The notes under the pieces: generated by a model | Told to the model about the DNA's origin: nothing | Databases searched by the model: none | The model's input: only the letters and a program-made list of their open reading frames with translations | Shown here: piece after piece, positions 28,213 through 39,133 of the stretch | How the letters are laid out: each line of letters starts with the position of its first letter | How positions within the stretch are numbered: the first letter of the stretch is position 1 | Assembly (NCBI RefSeq): GCF_009834535.1 | Contig: NC_045697.1 | Span: 94,800,001-94,864,000 of the forward strand | Reading direction: 5' to 3' | Source: Camelus ferus | Taxonomy: Eukaryota | DNA length: 64,000 bases | Program-made: the position numbers and the translations under genes

Positions 28213-28365
28213 AGTCTAAAGAACTTTCTGCAATAATGGAAGTTGTTTGGGCTTTTGGGGGGAGGAGTATTGTCCCGTATGGTAACCATCAGTCACATGC
28301 GATAAATGAAATGTAGCTAGTGTGACTGAAGATTTTTTAAAGCTTAATTTTATGTAATTTAAATG
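28213..28365. mobile_element. hAT-Charlie MITE (MER3/MER33-like), opposite orientation to the 21150 copy
   Basis: AGAACTTTCTGCAATAATGGAA...AAATGTAGCTAGTGTGACTGA. Confidence 0.6.
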
Positions 28366-28744
28366 TGATTGTTGAATATGTATGAGAGCATGCACTTAAA
28401 CTGTACAAATATCACACTAAGTATATGGATGTAAATAGAATTTGGAGATTTTTCTAAAATCAGAAATATTTAAAGTTTGTACGTATAATTTAGCACTTAA
28501 TCTTACATTATTCTGCTGATTGTTTAAAGTATGTTAGTGCTATTAGCCCAGATTTTGCTGTGAACACTTTGAGGGCAGTGGCTATGTTTTTGGTTTGGGG
28601 TTTTTTTCCTACATGCATATGGCAGGAAGCCTTTGCACAATCCTGCCCAGTTAGGCTGAGGGACTTCCTTACCACATGATAGTATTTCCTTCATCTATGA
28701 CAATTTAGAACTGGCAAAACTACTATGGTTTAGGCTATCTGATT

Positions 28745-28760
28745 AAGAAGAGGTAATATA
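28745..28760 (+). repeat. L1 target-site duplication, left copy (right copy 35872-35887)
   Basis: AAGAAGAGGTAATATA is identical at both ends. Confidence 0.97.
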
Positions 28761-30433
28761 GAAGACGGAGAAGATGGCGGAGTAGAAGGACGCTCGCAGG
28801 TCACCCTCTCCCACAAATACACCAAGACCCACATCTACAGACCCACTCAGCCAACCAGAGCACCTGTGGAACTCCGACAGAACATCGCCCTCTTCAAAAG
28901 ATAAAGACGCCAACAATCTGGTAGGAGAAAAGGGAAAAAGAAAGAACAAAGGGCAAAGCAGCGCGGGACGGGTCCCGCGGGGAGGGAGCGGCAAAGGAGG
29001 ACTGGCGCTCGCTCGCTGGGTCTCCCCTCTCCAACTGAGAGGCCAGCGGGACGGAGGGGGAGCCTCCGAGGCTCGGATCTGTACAGAGCAGCCCTTGACT
29101 AGCAGAACTAAGTTAAACGGGCACAGAGCGTCCCCCCGACACCCAGCCTGAGACGCAGGCCGGCAGCGGCGGGCAGGGCCGGACTGCACAAGCCGGGCGG
29201 AGGACGGAAGTGGCTGCAGGGAGGCAGCCCCGGGGGAACGCAAGGGGCTGCGCGCCGTGGCTGTGGGTGCACAGGGAAGAACCACCTGGGCCCTCCATAA
29301 AACAGCAAGGTTGATGTGCTCTCGGGGGAAGGGTGCACACCCCCATCTCTGAAAACCCGCTGAAAGTTTTCGGGGGAAGAGAGGCGGGGCTCAGGCACAG
29401 CTGCCATATCCTCCGCGCTGAGCACTCAGGCGGGGGCGGGGGCGAAACCTGCATCCGCACCAAAGGGCTTAGCAGCCTCAAAGGCCAGACAGAGACTGGC
29501 CTGCAGCCTGGGGCAGATAGGATCCTTCCATCCTGGTCCCTCAGAGAACTTGCTCCACAAAGACAAACAAGGAGCTGGGTTTTGGCTCGGAGCAGGGACA
29601 GGGCTGTCCCTCGGTCTTCCCCGAGCCCACCCGCGGAGCGCCGACCAGGGCGGAGCGCGCAGCCGCACAGAGCAGCGGAGCTACCGGCGGCGGCGCAGGT
29701 AGAGCGAGAGCGGCCCCCCGCCTTTCAGGCAGGAACACAGCCCCTGACCGAGGTGCTGGGAGGGGGCCCGACCCGCCCTCCTACCCGGCCAGTCTGCAAC
29801 ATCTGACTGCGGCATCCGGAGGGGCAGCGACCCGCCCTCCCACAGCAGAGGAGAGCTGCACCTGACCCAGTGTTAGGAGGTGGCGCGATCTGCTTGCCGA
29901 CAGGTGCTGGGAGCAGCACAGAAGAGGGCGCCAACGGAGGGCCTCTGAAAACAGCAAGCTGAGCTTCCAAAACAGGACGAAGACAGAAAGACTTCACAGT
30001 AAAAGCACACAGACTCCAGGAGAACACTGACAACCCCCCCCCCCCTTTTTTTTAATCTGTTTTTACCTGTTCTATTTTCTATTACTCTCTTTATCTTTAC
30101 TTCTTAATTCATTTCTATTTCTCTTGGGTTTTGATGTCCTGCTATTGATTAGACACAGGTTTCAAATACATCTATTCATCTCCCCCCCCCCCTTTTTTGT
30201 AAAGGTTTCAAAAGGACGTCTCAACCCGATTAATACTCTGCTTCAACTCACTCTTCTATTATTCATTATACACTGTTTTCAAACCCTCTTTCTCCCTTCT
30301 TTTAAAATTCTTTCTCTCTCATTTTTTTCTTCTTTTTTTCCTAAGTTCTATTCCTAAATAGGCATCAGATAGATAAAATCCTTAAGGACAAAATAAACAA
30401 CTGATACTCCATAAACCACAGTGCCAAAGAGGT
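28761..30433 (+). promoter_or_regulatory. L1 5' UTR / internal Pol II promoter; CpG island about 28761-30030, then a pyrimidine-rich segment
   Basis: Dense intact CpGs against a CpG-poor background; YY1 motif AAGATGGCGG at 28771-28780, near the 5' end as in human L1; multiple GC boxes. Confidence 0.9.
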
Positions 30434-31338
30434 ATGAGCAAGATGAAGAAGCAGAAAAACCTTTCCCAATTAAAAGAACAAGAGAAATCCCCTGAAAGAA
30501 AGATCAACGAAATAGACATCGATAGCCTACTAGATCAAGATTTCAAAAAAGGAGTGATCGAATTGCTGAAGGAATTAAAAGAGATAGTGTTTAGAGATAT
30601 AAAATATGTCAAAAATGAAATTGAAGCTATAAAGAAGAGCCAAGTAGAATGGGTAAACTCATTGACAGAGATGAGGAATGATCTAATAGCTGTGCAAAGC
30701 CGACTAGATAATGCAGAGGAACGAATTAGTGATCTAGAAGACAGGGCAATAGAAAACACCCATTCAGAAGAACTACAAGAGAAGCAAATAAAAAATAATG
30801 AAAATAGCATAAGGGACCTATGGGATAATATAAAGCGTCCCAATCTTCGCATAATAGGGGTCCCAGAAGGACAAGAAAGATCAAAGGGGATTGAAAAGGT
30901 TTTTGAAGAAATCATGACTGAAAACTTCCCAAACTTAAAGAAGGAATCGGATATCCAAGTACAGGAAGCTCAGAGGGTCCCAAACAGGAAGAACCCAAAT
31001 AGACCCACACCAAGACATATCATAATCAGGATGGCCAGAGTTAAGGATAAAGAAATGATTCTAAAGGCAGCAAGAGAAAAGCACAGAGTAAGTTACAAGG
31101 GAAAACCCCCATAAGGCTCTCAGCTGATTTCTCTACACAAACACTACAGGCCAGAAGGGAGTGGCAAGATATATTCAAAGCCCTGAATGAAAAAAAGATG
31201 CAGCCTAGGATCCTTCATCCAGCAAGGCTATCCTTGAGGATAGAAGGAGAAATAAAGAGTTTCACAGACAAAAAAAAGCTGCAGGAGTTTAGCAACACTA
31301 AACCCATGCTAAAAGAAATATTGAAAGGGCTATTCTAA
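30434..31338 (+). pseudogene. L1 ORF1p (coiled-coil, RRM, CTD RNA-binding chaperone), frameshifted
   Basis: 226-aa ORF with NLRIIGVPE, ENFPNL, PRHII, ILKAAREK. After a +2 shift at ~31101-31110 it continues from 31111 as IRLSADFSTQTLQARREW...KGLF* to 31338; ~300 aa if repaired. Confidence 0.95.
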
Positions 31339-31741
31339 ATAGAAAAGCAGCAGGATGCTACAGAAATGAGAAACACACAACTGGAAAGGTGATAACTCAT
31401 GAATTACAAACAAAGTAAACATGAAATTATAAAAGAAGACATACAAATCACTGAGAGTGGGAGAGGGAGGCAGGGAAATATAGAATATTTTTTCTTTCTT
31501 TTTTAAATTTTTTTAACAGTAGGATGGGTTTGAGATCATGTTACTATCAGTTTAATAAAAATAGTTATAGTAATGGGTTGATAGATTTACAAAAAAGGGT
31601 AACCACAAGCCAAAAATTTACAAAGGAGTCACAAAAATTAAATAAAATCCATGATAATACAAAGGAAAATTACCAAACCACAAAAGGAAGAAGAAAGGAA
31701 CAAAGAGGATATACCAATTCAACTGCAAAGATAAGTTCAAA

Positions 31742-34700
31742 ATGGCAATAAACACACATCTATCATTAATTACTGTAAATGTTAATGGACTAAATGCTCC
31801 AGTCAAAAGACACAGAGTGGCAGACTGGATAATAAAGCAAGAACCTTCAATATGCTGCATACAAGAGACCCACTTTAGGGAGAAGGACACATATAGATTG
31901 AGAGTGAAAGGATGGAAAAGGATATTCCATGCAAATGGAAAAGCCAAAAAAGCAGGTGTTGCAGTACTGATTTCAGACAAAATAGACTTTAAAACAAAGG
32001 CCATAAAGAAAGATAAAGAAGGACATTTTATAATGATTAAAGGAGTGATACAAGATGAGGATATTACACTCATTAATATATATGCACCCAATATAGGAGT
32101 ACCTAAGTACATACAAGAATTACTAACAGAGATAAAGGGGGATATTGATGGGAATACAATCATAGTTGGAGATTTTAACACTGCATTAACATCATTAGAC
32201 AGATCTTCCAGACAGAAAATAAACAAGGCAACAGAGAAATTAAATACTACAATAGAAAAACTAGATTTTGTGGATATTTTCAGAGCATTACACCCCCCAA
32301 AAATAGGATATACATTCTTTTCAAGTGCACATGGAACATTTTCCAGGATCGATCATGTACTTGGGCACAAAAGAAACCTCAACAATTTTAAGAAGATAGA
32401 AATTATCTCAAGCATCTTTACTGACCACAATGCCATGAAACTGGAAATCAACAACAGAGAAACAAAGGAGAAAAAAAGGAAAGCTTGGAGATTAACAATA
32501 TGTTATTGAAAAAACAATGGATCAAATGAGGAAATCAAAGCTGAAATTAAAAAATACCTTGAGACAAATGATAATGAAAGCACAACCACTCAAAACCTAT
32601 GGGAAACAGCAAAGGCAGTGCTAAGAGGGAAGTTTATAGCGATACAGGCCTTCCTCAAAAAAGAAGAACAATCTCAAATAAAGAATTTAACCCACCACCT
32701 GAATGAATTAGAAAAAGAAGAACAAAAAGCCCCAAAAAGCAGCAGAAGGAAGGAAATAATAAAGATCAGAGAGGAATTAAATACAATAGAGATTAACAAG
32801 ACCATAGAAAAAATCAACCAAACCAAAAGCTGGTTTTTTGAAAAAGTAAATAAAATCAACAAACCTCTGGCCAAACTCACAAAGAAGAAAAAAGAGAGAG
32901 CACAAATTAGCAAAATAAGAAAGGAAAATGGAGAAATTACAACACACAAAATAGAAATACAGAATATCATACGAGAATATTATGAAAAATTATATGGAAC
33001 CAAACTGGATAACCTAGAGGAGATGGACAAGTTTCTGGAAACATACTGTCCACCAAAACTGAATCAAGAAGAAACTGAACACTTGAACAATCCGATCACT
33101 AGAAAGGAAATAGAAATAGCAATTAAAAACCTCCCTACAAATAAAAGTCCAGGACCGGACGGCTTCACTGGGGAATTCTACCAAACATACAAAGAAGAAC
33201 TCATACCAGTCCTTCTCAAACTCTTCCAGACGATTGAAAAGGAGGGAATACTCCCAAACTCATTCTATGAAGCCACCATCACCCTGATACCAAAACCAGG
33301 CAAAGACACTACAAAAAAAGAGAATTATAGGCCAATATCACTGATGAACATAGACGCCAAAATCCTCACCAAAATTTTAGCAAATAGAATCCAACAACAC
33401 ATAAAAAAGATTATACATCATGACCAAGTGCGGTTCATCCCAGGGACACAAGGCTGGTTCAACATATGCAAATCAATCAGTGTAATACATCACATCAACA
33501 AGAGAAAGGACAAAAACCACATGGTCATCTCAATCGATGCAGAAAAAGCATTTGATAAAATTCAACACCCATTTATGATAAAAACTCTCGCCAAAGTGGG
33601 TATAGAGGGAACATATCTCAACATAATAAAAGCTATATATGACAAACCTACAGCCAGCATAGTACTCAACGGTGAAAAACTCAAAAGCTTCCCACTAAAA
33701 TCTGGGACAAGACAAGGATGCCCACTATCACCACTCCTATTCAACATAGTCCTGGAAGTCCTAGCCACAGCAGTCAGGCAAGAGAAAGAAATAAAAGGGA
33801 TCCAAATTGGAAAAGAAGAGGTAAAAGTGTCATTATATGCTGATGACATGTTACTATATATAGAAAACCCTAAAAGGTCCACACAAAAGCTACTAGAGCT
33901 GATTGAAGAATTCAGCAAGGTAGCAGGTTACAAAATTAACGTTCAAAAATCAGTTGCATTTCTTTACATTAACGATAAATCAACAGAAGAAGAAAGTAAA
34001 GAAACAATCCCCTTTAAAATAGCACCCAAAGTAATAATATCTGGGAATACATCTAACCAAGGAGGTGAAAGAATTATACACAGAAAACTATAAACCATTG
34101 ATGAAGGAAATTAAAGAAGACTTTAAAAAATGGAAAGATATTCCATGCTCTTGGATTGGAAGAATCAATATTGTTAAAATGGTCATACTGCCCAAGGCAA
34201 TCTACAGATTTAATGCAATCCCTATCCAATTACCCAGGACATATTTCACAGAACTAGAACAAATCATAATAAAATTCATATGGAACCATCAAAGACCTAG
34301 AATTGCCAAAGCATTACTGAAGAGAAAGAAAGAGGCTGGAGGAATAACTCTCCCAGACTTCAGACAATACTATAGAGCTACAGTCATCAAGACAGCATGG
34401 TATTGGTACAAAAACAGACATATAGACCAATGGAACAGAATAGAGAGCCCAGAAATGAACCCACAAACTTTTGGTCAACTCATCTTTGACAAAGGAGGCA
34501 AGAATATACATTGGAATAAAGACAGTCTCTTCAGCAAATGGTGTTGGGAAAACTGGACAGCAGCATGTAAAACAATGAAGCTAGAACACTCCCTTACACC
34601 ATATACAAAAATCAACTCAAAATGGATTAAAGACTTAAACATAAGACAAGATACAATAAACCTCCTAGAGGAAAACATAGGCAAAACATTATCTGACATA

Positions 34701-35536
34701 CATTTCAAAAATTTTCTCCTAGAAGAAATAAAAGCAAGAATAAACAAATGGGACCTAATGAAACTTACAAGCTTCTGCACAGCAAAGGAAACCAGAAATA
34801 AAACAAGAAGAAAACCTACGGAATGGGAGAAAATTTTTGCAAGTGAAACCGACAAAGGCTTGATCTCCAGAATATATAAGCAGCTCATACGACTCAATAA
34901 GAAAAAAATAAACAACCCAATCCAAAAATGGGCAGAAGACCTAAACAAGCAATTCTCCAAGGAAGACATACAAAGATCAAAAAGCACATGAAAAAATGCT
35001 CAATATCACTAATTATCAGAGAAATGCAAATCAAAACTACAATGAGGTATCACCTCACACCAGTCAGAATGGCCGTCATTCAAAAATCCACAAATGACAA
35101 ATGCTAGAGAGGCTGTGGAGAAAGGGGAACCCTCCTACACTGCTGGTGGTAATGCAGTTTGGTGCAGCCACTATGGAAAACAGTGTGGAGATTCCTCAAA
35201 AGACTAGGAATAGAATTACCATATGACCCAGGAATCCCACTCCTGGGCTTGTATCCAGAAGGAAATCTACTTCAGGATGACACCTGCACCCCAATGTTCA
35301 TAGCAGCACTATTTACAATAGCCAAAACATGGAAACAGCCTAAATGTCCATCAACAGGTGACTGGATAAAGAAGAGGTGGTATATTTATACAATGGAATA
35401 CTACTCAGCCATAAAAACCGACAACATAATGCCATTTGCAGCAACATGGATGCTCCTGGAGAATGTCATTCTAAGTGAAGTAAGCCAGAAAGAGAAAGAA
35501 AAATACCATATGAGATCGCTCATATGTGGAATCTAA
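31742..35536 (+). pseudogene. L1 ORF2p (APE endonuclease, reverse transcriptase, C-terminal Cys-rich domain), disrupted
   Basis: NVNGLN, QETH, GDFNT, RIDH, TDHN (EN); [26 protein letters not shown] (RT). Frameshifts at ~32493 (-1), ~32524 (+1), ~34037 (-2), ~34974 (-1); stops TAG 35105-35107 and TAA 35150-35152; ~1265 aa if repaired. Confidence 0.97.
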
Positions 35537-35871
35537 AAAACAAAAACAAAAACAAACAAACAAACAAAAACAAAGCGTAAATAAAGGACAGAAATAGACT
35601 CACAGACAGAGAATACAGACTTGTGGTTACCAGGTGGGTGGAGGGTGGGAAGGGATAGACTGGGATTTCAAAATTGTAGAATAGACTACACTGTATAGCA
35701 CAGGGAAATATACACAAAATGTTATGATAACTCACAGAGAAAAAAATGTGACAATGAGTGTGTATATGTCCATGAATAACTGAAAAATTGTGCTGAACAC
35801 TGGAATTTGACACAACATTGTAAAATGATTATAAATCAATAAAAAATGTTAAAAAAAAACTACATAAAAAA
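35537..35871 (+). other. L1 3' UTR with (AAAC)n tract, G-rich tract, poly(A) signal and interrupted poly(A) tail
   Basis: GGGTGGAGGGTGGGAAGGG at 35636-35654; AATAAA at 35838-35843; tail A9-CTACAT-A7. Confidence 0.9.
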
Positions 35872-37051
35872 AAGAAGAGGTAATATATAACAAAGGATGG
35901 AGACCAGATATGAGATATTCTCTTTATAACATACCATAACTGTGTGAAGAGAATTTATACTCTTTTTTTTTTTTTTTTAACTTTGAAAGTACTTTATTAA
36001 GGACTAAAGGAAATCTGCTTCTCAGGACTAAAATAAGAATACAAAAAAAAATGTTAAAACCAAACACTACCATTGTTAGTCATTTGGGGTTTAAAATTAC
36101 GTGTTACTCTAGGATAAAAAATTAAGGAAAATTGGTTCAAAGAACTTTACTAGGATCAGATCTCCTTTTTGTTTATCTGTAACAGGATGGAAAAGATATC
36201 AAGTATCTTTGATACTTTTAAAGAGGATGGAATTTACACATGAAGGAAAGAGAACATGACAAAAACTTTATCTTATATTCAAATAAAGATTATAAGGGGA
36301 TTTTGCCCCAGAGCCAATCTAATTGATGCCTTTATCTCAAGATATCACTCACTGTTTACTCAGTTTTTTTAAAAAAAGAATAATCTATAAATTAATGAGG
36401 GAGGGTTGTCTACCTAGGAAAAGTAATTATTCCTTCATCTTTGGTCAAAATTCACACAAAATATTTTAACTCCTACTTAATGTTTAGAAATACTTACAGC
36501 AAAATAAATTTTTGGATCTGGAAAATGGGGATAGATTATCCATTCCAAACTTTCTTCTACATGAGAAGAAACTGTCCCAGAAAATAGGCAGACTTGTTTA
36601 CTGTAACCAAGCTGATCAGCAGCAGAGTCAAAATGAAAATGCACATTTTTTTCTCATTCTGGTGTTCTAAATTATATTGATGATTATAAGATTACTCTTG
36701 GAACAATACTAAATATCTGAAGAGCACATAACCTTGAAAACACTAATAGTGTGTGATAAATATTTGATAAATAGAAAATTGTTGTCCATTACTTTGAAGA
36801 TCTATCAACCTTAATTTCATTCAAGATGGTCATACATTCTAACTACAGAACGTCATAAATCTATGACTCTATAGTTATTATAAGACATGGTATGAGTCAC
36901 CTTTGAGATAGTTAGCCAAGCTTATAAAACTTTCTTACAAAATTCAACCTAATTTACTTAATTCCATTATCAAATTATTAGGCCTACTAAAGATATTTTT
37001 TATAAGAAATTGAATCAAACAGCACCTACTAAGCTTTGATCAACACTTCCT

Positions 37052-37414
37052 TTTTTCTTTCCAGTTTTATTGAGATATAATTGACATATAGCACTGTATA
37101 AATTTAACATGAACAGCATAATGATTTGACTTAGACACATCATGAAATGATTATTAGTATAAATATAGTGAATATCCATCATCTCATAGAAATACGAAAT
37201 AAAAGAAAAATAAATAAAATCTTTCCTTGTGTTGAGAACTCTTAGGATTTACTCTCTTAACAATGTTCATATATAGCATAGAGCAGTGTTAATTATATTA
37301 ATCATGTTGTACATTTAATGTACAACAAGTTCCTAGGGAGGACTTATTTATCTTATGACTGGAAGTTTGTACCGTTTGAACACCTTCATCCAATTCTCCT
37401 TTCTCCCACCCACC
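37052..37414 (-). mobile_element. 5'-truncated L1 3' end (L1MA9-like/artiodactyl) with TSD
   Basis: TTTATTGAGATATAATTGACA...GGAAGTTTGTACC; flanked by TTGATCAACACTTCCT (37036-37051) / TTGATCAACACTTTCT (37415-37430), 15/16 identical. Confidence 0.88.
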
Positions 37415-38982
37415 TTGATCAACACTTTCTAATTGCTGAAATTAGACTGAAATTAATCTAACTGAAAATTAATACACTACTAATGGATAGGGAAAGAGAG
37501 ATTTACCTCTCTCTTCTAAAAGGATTTTGCCTGTGCATCCCCACACCATGTTAATAAATGTCATGGAAACACATACAAACTACGTTAATAGGTGTCATAG
37601 AAACACAGAGAGAGAGAGAGAAAGAGATCAATTGCTCAAATTAGCCTTCACAGCTGCTTAAAGAGGCTTCTCAGGCTTCCCAGGCCATTCAGGTGAAATA
37701 ACTGCTGCTTTGCTAAGAGTTTCCCTCTAGGGCCCTCAACATTGTATAACCAACCCATCTAGTTTTATCTTCAGCAAAAGTTATTGATTCAAATCCATTG
37801 TGTCTGGAGCATGGGCCAAAGAACAGCTGCATCTGGCTAGATAGCACATTTAAATTTCATTCTTGCCTGGTACAATCCGGGACTTAAAAAACATGATTTT
37901 ATAGACTAATAAAGTGTGATCCCACATAATCTTCTGTACTATTGAAAAAAATTTGGAAAACAGACTTGTTTTTAAAGCCCATAGGAAAATGCTGCTGTGA
38001 TATTTATAATTCTGACTTAGACATAAGTAAAATAAATATCTGTCCAATGCTTGCATTCACTTACTCACTGAATTAAAGAATATACATTACATAGTATTCA
38101 TATTATATATCACCATGTGATCATATGTGGCATGGTTTGGGGGTAATTTGACTCGTCTTCTTTAGCGCATGAATCACATCGCACAGTTGTGTAGTCATGG
38201 AGATAAAAATACTGTCAGAAAAGCATTGAGAGATGGTACAAAGCAAGAGTCAACCTTTAGCATTTCTATTTTGGGACCGGCCACAAAATATAAATGTTGT
38301 GATTCCTATCTATAGGGAAAACATATCTAGAGACATTGTATCATTAATTCAACAAACGTTGACTAAGTGCTCACCATGCATGAGACACTGCCAGCTGCAC
38401 AGGGGACACAAGCAGACAAAGTATATATAAGACAGGGCAAGTAGATACACAGCAACCGAGTAATTACTTGTATTAAGCAAATGCCAAAAAAGTAACAAGG
38501 CATTATGGACATTACTGGACATTCATGATCTGGCTGTCTATCTATCTTCTATTTAACCAGTATCAATTTTGTCACTACTCATATGAATTCTAAGTTTCAC
38601 CAGTATTCATTTGGGATTTCTACAAAGCGTATTTTTTCACAATTTTCTAAGCCTGCTGCCTGGGCTTTAAATGTACCAGGACCCACTCTCTATACCTGCC
38701 TGTCGCTTAGTCATTTTAAGATCCCAATAAGCATAAAGATTTCCCTCATGCAAAATTTGTCTTCAATCTGCGTCCCCATATTACTTATCATGCTCTAAGG
38801 GAGATAGATAAATGATAGAAATATTTTGTTATGAATCTTTTCCTATTTACCATAAACTCTTAAAAGTCAGGCAGATATTTATTCAGTCTGGAAAGTTTCA
38901 GATGATACTTATGACCTTTTTATGTTCTAATCTCTTGTAATTTTCAAACTTTATAGTACCTAGGATTCACATAGCAAGCTTA

Positions 38983-39133
38983 TAGTTTGTACATTTCTAG
39001 TAATCTAATTGCTAATGATATTGAGCATCTTTTCTTGTGTTTGTTGGCCATTAATAAATCATGTTTGGAGAAATGTCTACTCAGATACTTTGCTTATTTT
39101 TTTTTAACTGAGTTATCTGCTTTTTTATTGTTG
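38983..39133 (-). mobile_element. Old L1M ORF2 C-terminal fragment
   Basis: GCTAATGATATTGAGCATCTTTTC...TTTGGAGAAATGTCTA; antisense homologue of ORF2 around 34890-35040. Confidence 0.75.

Larger units (their letters stand above)
28761..35871 (+). mobile_element. Full-length LINE-1 retrotransposon (~7.1 kb), inactivated
   Basis: Exact 16-bp TSD AAGAAGAGGTAATATA (28745-28760 and 35872-35887) at a TT/AAGA endonuclease site; 5' UTR, ORF1, ORF2 (EN, RT, Cys-rich), 3' UTR, AATAAA at 35838 and A-rich tail. Confidence 0.98.

Noticed and set aside
28743..30033. Several 65-180 aa ORFs on both strands in the L1 5' UTR (possible ORF0 analogue)
   Set aside because: All those listed start at GTG/TTG rather than ATG, and long open frames are expected in GC-rich sequence; no recognisable domain
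30535..35813. Hydrophobic antisense ORFs within the L1
   Set aside because: Usual shadow ORFs of the A-rich L1 sense strand
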